Source: a virus
Lineage: Duplodnaviria; Caudoviricetes
Strand: one strand, 5' to 3'
Length of the DNA: 64,000 nt
Virus record (IMG/VR): IMGVR_UViG_2522572160_000003
Shown here: one piece after another, positions 10,562 to 19,811 of the stretch
Layout of the letters: the number at the start of each line of letters is the position of its first letter
How positions within the stretch are numbered: the first letter of the stretch is position 1
Made by a program: the position numbers and the translations under genes
The notes under the pieces: model-generated
What the model saw: the letters and a program-made list of their open reading frames with translations, nothing else
Told to the model about the DNA's origin: nothing
Database searches by the model: none

Positions 10562-11320
10562 CTATGCAGAAAAGCCGTAGTCCTTTTTTAAAATGGTTGC
10601 ATGCCGTAGGATGCGTTGGCAATAAACGTCCGGATCAATGGTTGTAGACCCATCTGTATAGTATATTTTACGCACGACCTTCTGGCCCTTAACGCCCTCC
10701 CTCCCTCTGTAGTAATATTGCAGGGCCATGCACCAGTCTTCATTTACTGATTTATCAAAATGTTGTTTTGGGTAGTCCTTAACTGACAAATCAAATTGCT
10801 TGCTTAGATAGTAGGCTCCTGCCATTATAGCCGTTTCCGGGTTGTTTCGGTTATCCCCAATATCTATGCCCCTTTCTTCTAACTCACATTGGATCTCCGT
10901 AAAAGTGGAATCTATAATTTGAGTCAGACCCTTGGCGGAAGACAATGGTTTTCCATTTTTGCCAATGGGAACGGCCTCAGGCCTACCTGAGGATTCCTGA
11001 TATATCAACCCGGCGATGATAGAAGGGGGGACTTTAAAGGTACGGGCAGCTTGCCAAACTTCTTTTTTGTATGGCACTACTGCTTTGGATATTATTTCCT
11101 TGTATTCTTTGGTGACGTTTTCAATGGGGCCGGTTTCGTTCTTGATGGAGTAATCTCTTTTATAAATCATCTCCCAGACCTCAAGATGTTTGCTGGCCTC
11201 CTTTAAAAGTTTCAATCCCTCTGACGCCGCAGCCATTCCGGAAAATATTATTGCCAGAATAATGAGCCAGCCCACACTATTTCCGAAATGTAAGATAAGT
11301 CGAGTTTTAATTTTACTCAT
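10562..11320 (-). CDS. Lytic transglycosylase (SLT domain)
   Basis: IAGLIYQESSG (catalytic Glu), SSAKGLTQI, NPETAIMAGAYYL, ALQYY; N-terminal signal/TM. Confidence 0.92.
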   Translation of the reverse strand: MSKIKTRLILHFGNSVGWLIILAIIFSGMAAASEGLKLLKEASKHLEVWEMIYKRDYSIKNETGPIENVTKEYKEIISKAVVPYKKEVWQAARTFKVPPSIIAGLIYQESSGRPEAVPIGKNGKPLSSAKGLTQIIDSTFTEIQCELEERGIDIGDNRNNPETAIMAGAYYLSKQFDLSVKDYPKQHFDKSVNEDWCMALQYYYRGREGVKGQKVVRKIYYTDGSTTIDPDVYCQRILRHATILKKDYGFSA

Positions 11321-11335
11321 TTCATATCCTGTTTC

Positions 11336-11788
11336 TCACTTACTTTCCACAAATTGAACAGATACTCCGCATCTGTTTAATCTCCCAGTCAAATCCACGG
11401 CGTCCACTCCTGATATGGATTCGTCAGTAATGAGCACAAAAGCGGTAACATCCTCCTCTTTTACGCTGTCCGCATCATTAAGGGCTTTTCGCAGCCCGGA
11501 GAGATCTGAATCATTCAGCCAAAAATGATCACCGTGAAATAATAATTCCACCTTTCCGCTACGTTTTACCGTTTTTACCACTAAAGATTTATCAACAACC
11601 TTATTCGGATCAAGTATAGCGTTGGCTTCAACAGGGATGGCCGGCACCCCGCCGCCCCCGGGATGGATAGTCATTAAGGCAAATGAAAAAAGCAGCATAA
11701 CCATGAATAAATAGGCGAACAGGTCCTTGCCGGGATCCTGCAGCGCCAAAAAAGGATCTTCCCGCCTGCAGCCGAATCGCCTACCCAT
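11336..11788 (-). CDS. ExbD/TolR-like proton-channel partner subunit
   Basis: Single TM 'DLFAYLFMVMLLFSF' with conserved Asp; small C-terminal domain 'VLITDESISGVDAVDLTGRLNRCGV'; start 11788 after GAGGAG, overlapping the ExbB-like stop. Confidence 0.7.
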   Translation of the reverse strand: MGRRFGCRREDPFLALQDPGKDLFAYLFMVMLLFSFALMTIHPGGGGVPAIPVEANAILDPNKVVDKSLVVKTVKRSGKVELLFHGDHFWLNDSDLSGLRKALNDADSVKEEDVTAFVLITDESISGVDAVDLTGRLNRCGVSVQFVESK

Positions 11789-12377
11789 TATTTTTCTCCT
11801 CAAAAGCGGGATCTGGGTTTGCATCCGCTTCCATAAGGCATTTTAATAGGGAAGAGATTCTATGATTAATTTTTTTTTCAAATGCTTTGAGCCTTGGTTG
11901 TGTCCTTACAGCAAGAAAAAAGATAATAACGGCGCCTATAGCTGAGCTTAATAGTGACGTCAATAGAGCCGTGTTCAACCCCCCCTCAAAAGCCTGCGAA
12001 ATAGCTTGCGTCGCTACCACATTCTGAGTGCTCAACGCCTTAGTCATCTCCTGAAACGCAAAAATGGTTCCATAGATCGTCCCAAAAAAACCCAAAAGAA
12101 TGGCTGAATTGACTACGCCGCCAATGCTGGCGACCTGGCTTGATATTTCAGTCTCATATTCCAACCACACCTGGTCAACGCAAGAATCCACCCATGATTG
12201 ATGATAGTTTACGCCTGGCTCAATGGGCAATAAGTCATCGATCCATGTCATGTCTTCTCTGGCTCTCAATTCGCCCCACACCTTGATTATTTTATATAAG
12301 ATTGCTATTGCCAAGCATACAAAAAGCAATACGAAAACCAGATCAAGGCTTTTGTATAGTTCAGACGGCGTCATCAC
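11781..12377 (-). CDS. MotA/TolQ/ExbB proton channel family protein
   Basis: Three TMs; LLGFFGTIYGTIFAF and GLNTALLTSLLS family motifs. Confidence 0.9.
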   Translation of the reverse strand: MMTPSELYKSLDLVFVLLFVCLAIAILYKIIKVWGELRAREDMTWIDDLLPIEPGVNYHQSWVDSCVDQVWLEYETEISSQVASIGGVVNSAILLGFFGTIYGTIFAFQEMTKALSTQNVVATQAISQAFEGGLNTALLTSLLSSAIGAVIIFFLAVRTQPRLKAFEKKINHRISSLLKCLMEADANPDPAFEEKNNG

Positions 12378-12551
12378 TTTCTACTTTCATTGTCTGTTGG
12401 ACTAAGAGCGCTCTCAAAAAATCAATATGCACTTTAAGGACAATGCGTTGAGTTTGAATCCCAACCCCAAAGGGATATTCACTCTCGTATTAAAGGCACC
12501 GATTTAAGGCGAGCTTTCTGAAAATAAAACTCTTGGTTCTGTTTTTGAAAC

Positions 12552-13283
12552 TTAAAGTCTGTTTACTATTTCGGGGTCAATGATTGTTTTATCCACTTGA
12601 GTGGGCGCATAACTGAGCCAAGCAAAAACCTGATCAATTCTGGAAACCATTTCATCAGGTACTAAGCCCATTTTTTCATTCTTTCTGTAGAGTTTCACTG
12701 CATCACTGCTTAAAAAGTCTAACTTTTCCTTGACAAACGAAGTACTGCCTGTAAAAGAGTCCACTTTAAACGATGGCGGATACTTGATGTTTTCTCTGAT
12801 TCTGTCGATTAACAAATCCACGCGCCCTATCCTGTCCTCCCATTTGCCGGCAGTTGAGTTGCTCAGTTCTTCAAATTCATCCTCTACGATTTGCTGGTCA
12901 GACGTCAACAACAGTTGAGCTTCCTCAGCAGTCATTTCATTGGCGACCAGTTCTTTTTCATATTTGCGCTTTACCAGCATTTTCTCAACCGCAAGTTGCT
13001 TTCTAAGCGTTGCTTCATAATCCTTGTAAACAATGGACTTATTGGCATGATAAACGGCTTCTTTGCAATCATTAAAGATGGAATCCTGCACAAGAAGGCT
13101 AATAATTTCTTTGTTGCTGATTTTGCTTGATTCTTCGTCAATCTCACGTTTAAGTTCCTTATTGCTTTCCTCATAGGATCCTGCAGAAGATTCCCCCACT
13201 TGAAAAGCCACTGCTAAAACCAATAACACACAAAAAACTATTCTATAATGGCGCATAATTATCTCCCTTACAAGATTACTCAT
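12552..13283 (-). CDS. Exported coiled-coil protein
   Basis: Signal peptide; E/K-rich helical sequence. Confidence 0.75.
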   Translation of the reverse strand: MSNLVREIIMRHYRIVFCVLLVLAVAFQVGESSAGSYEESNKELKREIDEESSKISNKEIISLLVQDSIFNDCKEAVYHANKSIVYKDYEATLRKQLAVEKMLVKRKYEKELVANEMTAEEAQLLLTSDQQIVEDEFEELSNSTAGKWEDRIGRVDLLIDRIRENIKYPPSFKVDSFTGSTSFVKEKLDFLSSDAVKLYRKNEKMGLVPDEMVSRIDQVFAWLSYAPTQVDKTIIDPEIVNRL

Positions 13284-13315
13284 CTAAGATGCCATTGTTA
13301 TTGCCAAAAAGCCCT

Positions 13316-14326
13316 CTAATCCAAAGTTAACCCTTTGTAGCGGGCCAATCTTTCATCGTTGCTTTCTCCAACATTGATGTTGGGCATTCCGCTTGGATTG
13401 TTTTTGTACTTTTCATCTAGTATACGTAAAGATTCCAAGCCTTCGTCTCTCATTAGCTTGTTCACATTATCCATTGCGGCTCCTGTTTTATCCATAGCTA
13501 AACTGAGATTCCTAAAAGCTATTATGCCTTCACGGAAAGACTTTGAGGCTATAATCATATCATCGCTGAAAGCCCCTGTATTCACCTGAGAAAACTTACG
13601 AAATAAGCGAATAAAATGACTATGGAACTTATCAGCGGCAGGGAGAAAACTATTTTTCATCAACAAGGCATTATCCTTCATTACCTTGTTGAATTGTTCA
13701 AGAAACTCGTTCTCCACTTTCATACTTTCATAGCTGACAATAATATTTTCAATTCTATCAAACTTTCTATCTATCGTATTTTGTAGCCTCGCCTTGCAGG
13801 AATCATTCCTACATCCTTTTTGTTCGTTAATAAGCCGTTTAATTTCTTTTTCTAAGGCTTCCTTGCCGCGAACCAGTTCACGACGCCTCTGTGGGATTTC
13901 GGCGTTCATTCCCCGCTCGGAAATGGCTTCAATCTCATCCACCCCTCTAATTACCATTTCTTTCAAGCTATTGACATTTTCAGTGGTGGATGAGGCATTC
14001 TTTGCCAAAGGGGAGTTCAACTTCACCACCGCAAGTCTAATTTTTAATGTGAGATTTTTACTCAAATCTTCAGGAACCTGGCCGTTGTAGCGGGATTCTG
14101 CCTCTTCCCATTCATTAATTATCTTGTCAATTTCAGTTTTGAATTCAACCATAGCCTTGGCAACTCCGTCTAACCCACTAACTGCATCCCCAGTAGCGTC
14201 TGTTATCCCCTTGATAGTTGTCACGGCTTGGTGAATGGATTCTTCCGTGGTGACTGCATGGCAAACAGGCGAAAACACCACTCCCATGAGCAGGATTGCC
14301 AAAAGAACTTTCCGTATTACTAACAT
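13316..14326 (-). CDS. Exported long coiled-coil protein
   Basis: Signal peptide (VCHA|V); heptad-like helices; CRNDSC at a probable hairpin tip; GGAGG RBS. Confidence 0.78.
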   Translation of the reverse strand: MLVIRKVLLAILLMGVVFSPVCHAVTTEESIHQAVTTIKGITDATGDAVSGLDGVAKAMVEFKTEIDKIINEWEEAESRYNGQVPEDLSKNLTLKIRLAVVKLNSPLAKNASSTTENVNSLKEMVIRGVDEIEAISERGMNAEIPQRRRELVRGKEALEKEIKRLINEQKGCRNDSCKARLQNTIDRKFDRIENIIVSYESMKVENEFLEQFNKVMKDNALLMKNSFLPAADKFHSHFIRLFRKFSQVNTGAFSDDMIIASKSFREGIIAFRNLSLAMDKTGAAMDNVNKLMRDEGLESLRILDEKYKNNPSGMPNINVGESNDERLARYKGLTLD

Positions 14327-14367
14327 GCCTTCCTCCTTGATTAGTGGAAATATGGGCCTTTTACTAT

Positions 14368-14874
14368 TTATTGCTGCACATAACCAGGATCAACCTTTTT
14401 CAACAGGCGTTTAGAGCAAAGCTCAACTTTTTTAGCCCGTCCGTCCATAGTTGAAAGGCTCCAGTCATAGATCGCGCGAAGAAACTCTTGGTCAGCCGCC
14501 CTCAGTTTCAATCTACCACCGGCTTGAGAATCTTCAATATTTGAAAAATATTGACATGAGGCCGCTACAAAATTCTCCATTTGGCTTTCCTTGTTAAAAG
14601 CCTTGATCGCTTCCACAAGCACGTCGTTGTCAACCCTCCGGTTGGCGTCAAGAATCTTGACAATCATAGCCATTCTGGCATCCGCATACCTGGAGTTGTC
14701 TTTAGTTTCGCGGAAAAACCTGTCAATTTCGGAATTTGACAACTCTGATACCGGCATAGTTTGCATTTGATCTACCGTCAAAGGGGCCGCCGATGGTTGG
14801 GGAGATTTTTCAACACACCCCGCCAATGATAAAGCCATAAGAACTGCTGCAATAATTGTCATCTTTCTCCTCAT
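14368..14874 (-). CDS. Lipoprotein, helical
   Basis: Lipobox LAGC. Confidence 0.8.
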   Translation of the reverse strand: MRRKMTIIAAVLMALSLAGCVEKSPQPSAAPLTVDQMQTMPVSELSNSEIDRFFRETKDNSRYADARMAMIVKILDANRRVDNDVLVEAIKAFNKESQMENFVAASCQYFSNIEDSQAGGRLKLRAADQEFLRAIYDWSLSTMDGRAKKVELCSKRLLKKVDPGYVQQ

Positions 14875-14930
14875 AGTATCTCCCCTTTCTGACCTTCTAC
14901 ATTGGGTGCTATAGTAAAAACGCCTATTAA

Positions 14931-16073
14931 CTATTTAACCTGTACTATGCCCTTTTCTATGAAAAACGCTGCATCAGGATCCTGATTTATTAAGTCGCCG
15001 GGCAACAATTTCCAACCCTGTCCATCATCATAATACAACGGTATGATAAACGCTTGGCCCCTGGAGTCCACACCTGCATTTGAAGTCAAACGCCCGGCCG
15101 CCATTCTTACGGATAACATGCAATTAGGGGAATTCCTTTGGGACGTATGCCACTTTCGTACTGCATTTAATTTATTAAAAAAATAGCCGCAGTATTGTTT
15201 AGGAACAACGTAGTAGACGCGCTCAATTTTGCTTGAGCCAACTTCCTTGGAATACTTTTTTCGCCAAGCACGTAGTTCCTCTTCATGGTCATCCACGCAA
15301 GCCTCAATTTTAATCGGATACACAGCATCCAACTCGTCATCTTGAACCCAATCAAAATCACGAAAAGAACTCTTTATAAAAATACCGCCGTTGCTTGAAA
15401 TCAGCGCCAACTTCATATTCAAATAGGGATAAAGAGTTTTTAACATGTATCCTCTCGAATTTTTTATCTCCCAGGAAACATTCCCATCCCCGTCCCAGGA
15501 GGCGCTGTTAAGATCGTTGTGCAAAGAAAAAAAATCGTTTTCTATGCTCTCCGAGGTTTCAACTCCCTGTACGGATGTGAGCGTTTCAAAAGCAGACGTC
15601 TTTTCCTCCTCCTTTTGATTTTCTTGCTCCTGCACTTCTTCTTTCTGGGGATCTGGCTTCATTTCGGGCTTAGCGTCATCACTGTCAGCATGTTCGTCAG
15701 CTGATTCCCCTGCAGTCTGAGTTTCCTCTTCCTGCGGGCTTTCATCCTTCTCAATTCGTTTATCCGATTCCACCCCCAACGTGGTGGTTTCATCCATTGC
15801 ACCATCCGGCTTTTCACTCAGTTGTTCTGCACCGACATCTTTCGTATCTTTGGCCGCATTGGAATTATGATCTGTAGGTGTATTTGGAGAAGAGGGGGTT
15901 GGAGGCGTCGAACCGGGAAAAGGCTTTCCTGTCTCAACATATCCTGAAGAATCATCTGATTTTCCCCCGCCAACCAGGGGTGCGGCCATCTGCCATAAAA
16001 AGAGAATTATAGCCAAAATGACAACCGCAATCAGCAGGTAATTCAATTCCTTTCTCAACTTGTCCCTTTGCAT
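14931..16073 (-). CDS. Single-pass membrane protein with a Pro/acidic disordered linker and globular C-terminus (TonB/TolA-like architecture)
   Basis: N-terminal TM; ~130-aa low-complexity P/S/E/D/K linker; folded C-terminal ~200 aa. Confidence 0.75.
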   Translation of the reverse strand: MQRDKLRKELNYLLIAVVILAIILFLWQMAAPLVGGGKSDDSSGYVETGKPFPGSTPPTPSSPNTPTDHNSNAAKDTKDVGAEQLSEKPDGAMDETTTLGVESDKRIEKDESPQEEETQTAGESADEHADSDDAKPEMKPDPQKEEVQEQENQKEEEKTSAFETLTSVQGVETSESIENDFFSLHNDLNSASWDGDGNVSWEIKNSRGYMLKTLYPYLNMKLALISSNGGIFIKSSFRDFDWVQDDELDAVYPIKIEACVDDHEEELRAWRKKYSKEVGSSKIERVYYVVPKQYCGYFFNKLNAVRKWHTSQRNSPNCMLSVRMAAGRLTSNAGVDSRGQAFIIPLYYDDGQGWKLLPGDLINQDPDAAFFIEKGIVQVK

Positions 16074-16265
16074 TGACGCACCCTTCCGAAAAAAGTCACA
16101 AGATTCAGTTTCTCACAAAATGACATGATAAGTTTAAGGTGTGCACCTTGCATTAAAAGGATAAAGACCGCATTGCACATATACTTCACTGCTCCCAAAC
16201 TGATTTGCAGAAATGAATCAAAAGGCCGGGGCCTATATGAAGATATTATCTTGTATTAGAGCGTC

Positions 16266-16295
16266 ATACTAATTACCCTAACAAACAAAAGTCAA
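16266..16295 (-). promoter_or_regulatory. Candidate sigma70 promoter of the envelope operon
   Basis: TTGACT-18 nt-TAGTAT on the minus strand ~190 nt upstream of the first gene. Confidence 0.3.
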
Positions 16296-16494
16296 GTCAA
16301 TTTTTAGATGTTTTTTTTATTGCTTTAGGGCAAAGAATTCGTCTTTGCCATTTTCGTTATCCCAAGCCTTCGGGAAAATGTGCGGATTAGGATTCTACGT
16401 GATTTTTGATTGTTTAATGGATTATTTGGCCACTCACAACAATTTTTTAATTTGCATAAAATACAGATATTAGTTTGAAAGTTATTAGAATGAT

Positions 16495-16815
16495 TTAAAG
16501 GACAATGCCAGAGGAGTACCTTTTGGGCAGGGCCAAGGGAGTAGCTGTCTCTGCTTGCGCAGAGGTCCCTTTTTCACCAAAATTGAAATCAGCGCTGACA
16601 ATATGAAGAAGCGGTCCGTTCTGGTAGTCCTTCGACATCAAAACTAATTCATTTCCAACAGAATGAATCTCCTTAATATTTAGCCGTTCTCTATTGGGAT
16701 CGATTATTCTTTTTAGCAGCGCATCATATGAACCCAAGAGATTATCCCCTTGTTCCAGTTGGCAAATCTCCCCCCCAGTTCGAGCCTTGTAAAAATAACT
16801 TCCACACGCCGCCAC
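16495..16815 (-). CDS. Hypothetical protein or gene fragment
   Basis: 106-aa ORF, GTG start, no motif. Confidence 0.3.
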   Translation of the reverse strand: MAACGSYFYKARTGGEICQLEQGDNLLGSYDALLKRIIDPNRERLNIKEIHSVGNELVLMSKDYQNGPLLHIVSADFNFGEKGTSAQAETATPLALPKRYSSGIVL

Positions 16816-17123
16816 AGCAAAGTCTCAACAAATGTGTCCCTAAAACACGGACTTTTCAATTATCAATTCTATGAACGAATACATACACCTATAGATATTA
16901 AATGTCAATGAATAGAACTATGTTGGGTGCGCCGACGCTTAGCTCTATATGCTATAATTCCAAGAAGGTAAGACTCAAGCAAGCTCAAATTCCGGCACAC
17001 TAACCCCAGAGAAGAAGTGAAAAAGTTTGCGTATTTTGCATGTAGAGGCACGTACCTCAAAAAACTGGACAGGAAATTAAGGCTGACACTATATTAATCG
17101 AAAGGGAATATATTGTACAGGAT

Positions 17124-17732
17124 TTGGATATCTTAACAACCATGTGGATAAAACTGACAAAATCCAATAAGACCAAACTGTTCTTTACCTCTGATCATCA
17201 TTTTGGTCATGAAGCTATCATTCGATTCTGCAATCGGCCTTTTGAGAGCCATGCAGAAATGGATGCAGAATTAATCCGTCGATGGAACGAGGTAGTTGAT
17301 TTTGATGATGTAGTTTTTCATTTAGGGGATTTTACACTACGCAATAAAAAAGACGCTCGCCATTATTTTTCAAGGTTGAGAGGCAATATCAAAGTACTTG
17401 GGAATCTCTGGCATCATGACAAAGGATGGCTCCCCAGAAAACCAGGCCCATCCGATCTGCAAAGCAGGAGCGGGACTCCCATAGAGATTCTACCACCCAT
17501 AATAGTTGTTGATATAAAAGGGTTAGTTGAAGACAATAAAAAACAACGTATTGTTTTATGTCATTATCCCCTTGCTGAATGGGATGCCATGCACTACGGG
17601 GCCTATCACCTGTATGGCCACACACATGGTAATCATGTTAACCTTGGCCTATCTTTTGATATCGGGGTCGATTGCACCAATTTTTATCCCATGGAATTTT
17701 CTGATGTAGTAGAAAAATTCAATTGTTTTTAA
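17124..17732 (+). CDS. Calcineurin-like metallophosphoesterase (phage-type)
   Basis: SDHHFGH, HLGDF, GNxxHD, LCHYP, LYGHTH, FDIGVD. Confidence 0.9.
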   Translation: MDILTTMWIKLTKSNKTKLFFTSDHHFGHEAIIRFCNRPFESHAEMDAELIRRWNEVVDFDDVVFHLGDFTLRNKKDARHYFSRLRGNIKVLGNLWHHDKGWLPRKPGPSDLQSRSGTPIEILPPIIVVDIKGLVEDNKKQRIVLCHYPLAEWDAMHYGAYHLYGHTHGNHVNLGLSFDIGVDCTNFYPMEFSDVVEKFNCF

Positions 17733-17809
17733 CCTATTGCTAACCATTATATCAAAGGTTTTTTGGGAAAAATAAACGTCGGGGGCAACGGATAAATTCG
17801 GGAGATCCT

Positions 17810-18682
17810 ATGTTCAAAATTTTTAAAAGGTTAACTGCAATTTCGATCGTTTTCTTCCTTGTCCTGTTCATTTATGCTTCCATAGGTATTTCGGGCCAGG
17901 ATGAGCTTCCCACCGGTCAGACGTTGAGCGAAGTTAAAACCCGGGTGTTGTCTACGCTGGAAAATGAGATGGAGAATGCAGGGTTTCGCTGGGGCGCACC
18001 CGTATTTTTACGCATATTTAAGGATGTTAAGTTTCCAGGAGGATACAGGGCATATGGTCGAAGAAATAAGTCATACGGAGAAAACGGAGTATTGGAAGTT
18101 TGGGTGCAACGCAATGACCAATTCTGCCTTTTCAGGTCATATGCGGTTTGCTATTTCTCCGGAAGCCCGGGGCCCAAGACAGAGCAGGGGGACTACCAAA
18201 GCCCGAAGGGGTTTTATTTTGTCACTCCGCAGCGGATGAACCCATACAGCTCTTATCATTTAGCCTTTAACTTGGGCTATCCAAATGTTTATGATCGCGC
18301 GCACGAGAGAACCGGAAGTGCTTTAATGGTCCACGGGAATTGCTGCTCAGTCGGTTGCTATGCCATGACAGACCCTAAAATTGAAGAAATATATTTGTTG
18401 GTTGAGGCTGCTCTTAGCGCAGGGCAGCCTTTCGTTCGCGTTCATATTTTTCCTTTTCCAATGACAGACGAAAACATGGAGGCGGCCGAAGGCTCACAAT
18501 GGATTGATTTCTGGAAGAACCTGAAAGAAGGATATGACTTTTTCGAGAATAATAAAGTTCCCCCAAACGTGGAAGTGAGCAACAGGCGATATATTTTTAA
18601 AGTGGAAGAAGTCGCCCCAGCTGCTTTTCCGGTGGCAGGGTCGCCTTCACCTCAAGCTCATCCTGGTGATGCTTTGGACTGA
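17810..18682 (+). CDS. Murein L,D-transpeptidase family protein, YafK/DpaA-like
   Basis: PVFLRIFK, SGSPGPKTEQGD, NPYSSYHLAFNLGYPN, MVHGNCCSVGCYAM, FWKNLKEGYDFFE. Confidence 0.9.
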   Translation: MFKIFKRLTAISIVFFLVLFIYASIGISGQDELPTGQTLSEVKTRVLSTLENEMENAGFRWGAPVFLRIFKDVKFPGGYRAYGRRNKSYGENGVLEVWVQRNDQFCLFRSYAVCYFSGSPGPKTEQGDYQSPKGFYFVTPQRMNPYSSYHLAFNLGYPNVYDRAHERTGSALMVHGNCCSVGCYAMTDPKIEEIYLLVEAALSAGQPFVRVHIFPFPMTDENMEAAEGSQWIDFWKNLKEGYDFFENNKVPPNVEVSNRRYIFKVEEVAPAAFPVAGSPSPQAHPGDALD

Positions 18683-18694
18683 CATTAAATATAC

Positions 18695-19036
18695 ATGATA
18701 GAATACAATGGCAGATTGATTCTTCGTAGAGGATGGAAATACATGGATGAAAAAAATGCTGCTTGGGTCCACTCCATTTCCAAAAAGGTTGACCCTATAT
18801 ATGAAATAGTCAACCGGCTGACAGGCTGGAAGGTTGTATTTGTTTTCTGGAAAATTACTTGTACGCAATGTCCATTTTTTAAAACGGAACCCGACTGGAG
18901 TGATCTTGTCCGCCTTTTTGATATGGAAATTTTACCGGTCATGGATTGGCTTTTTAGAAACCTATCCCCTGCCGGTGAGGATTTTAAGTGGGCGGTTGAA
19001 ACCTATCCGTGTCTTTATAAGGGGGAAAACGAATAA
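18695..19036 (+). CDS. Hypothetical protein
   Basis: 113-aa ORF directly after the L,D-transpeptidase gene. Confidence 0.45.
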   Translation: MIEYNGRLILRRGWKYMDEKNAAWVHSISKKVDPIYEIVNRLTGWKVVFVFWKITCTQCPFFKTEPDWSDLVRLFDMEILPVMDWLFRNLSPAGEDFKWAVETYPCLYKGENE

Positions 19037-19479
19037 ACATAGAACAGGTAGCATATTATCACTGCCAAGTGAAATTGCCCCCCCCAAGACAGGCGACCTA
19101 ACAGCCGTAAATCTTCAGGCGCGATTTTATAATGGAGGTTTTTCAGACCTGTCATGCAACTCTAACGAGACAACAATAGACAGAAAATATTTATTGGAGA
19201 TGGCCGAACAAGTTCGGGTGAGCATGAAAAAGGAATTGCGGTTGGATGAGTGGCAAAAAACAGTTTTATTAAAAGGACGAGAATATTTTTACCTTTTCGT
19301 CCAGTTGTTAAGCGGAGCCTTGGATGACGATGGAAAATAGATACAGGGCGCCAAAGCCAGGGACAAACTTCGATGCAGAGACTGGAAAATTTTACATTTT
19401 CCGGCCTAACAGCATCACCGTCATGAAGGCATGGCCTCCATTAGCCTGGAAGAAGACTTGAAGTCAACTTGCATAGTCT

Positions 19480-19730
19480 CATTGTCGGCTTAGGAATTGG
19501 ACTATGTTTCCCAAGTCAGTTATTTTATGGGTTATTCCAGGTAGCAGTTTTATGAAATCCGCCGCAATTACCAGACCTATGGCGCCGAGAGGCTTGTTGA
19601 CAAACTGCCAGGCGTCAAAGGGTCTCACCCCCAACCGGGTAGCTCCCGAAGTGGGAAAGGCCATCCTGGAATACAGCGTCTGAAGCAGCCAGGCCAGGGA
19701 TGTCTCGCAGCAGCCAAAAGCCTTTTATAA
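19480..19730 (+). pseudogene. IS481-family transposase remnant (N-terminal HTH part)
   Basis: From 19527: MGYSR*QFYEIRRNYQTYGAERLVDKLPGVKGSHP, frameshift, then NRVAPEVGKAILEYS; in-frame stop, truncated. Confidence 0.8.
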
Positions 19731-19811
19731 GCTGCCGCGTGCCTCATATTTGTGGAGAAGCGATCATGTTGCTTTGACAAGCTAAAAAAATACTGACCAG
19801 GATCAAAAAAT

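Noticed and set aside
11336-12377. Zorya (ZorA/ZorB) or flagellar MotAB
   Set aside because: No long ZorA tail, no OmpA-like domain on the partner, and no ZorC/D/E or flagellar genes.
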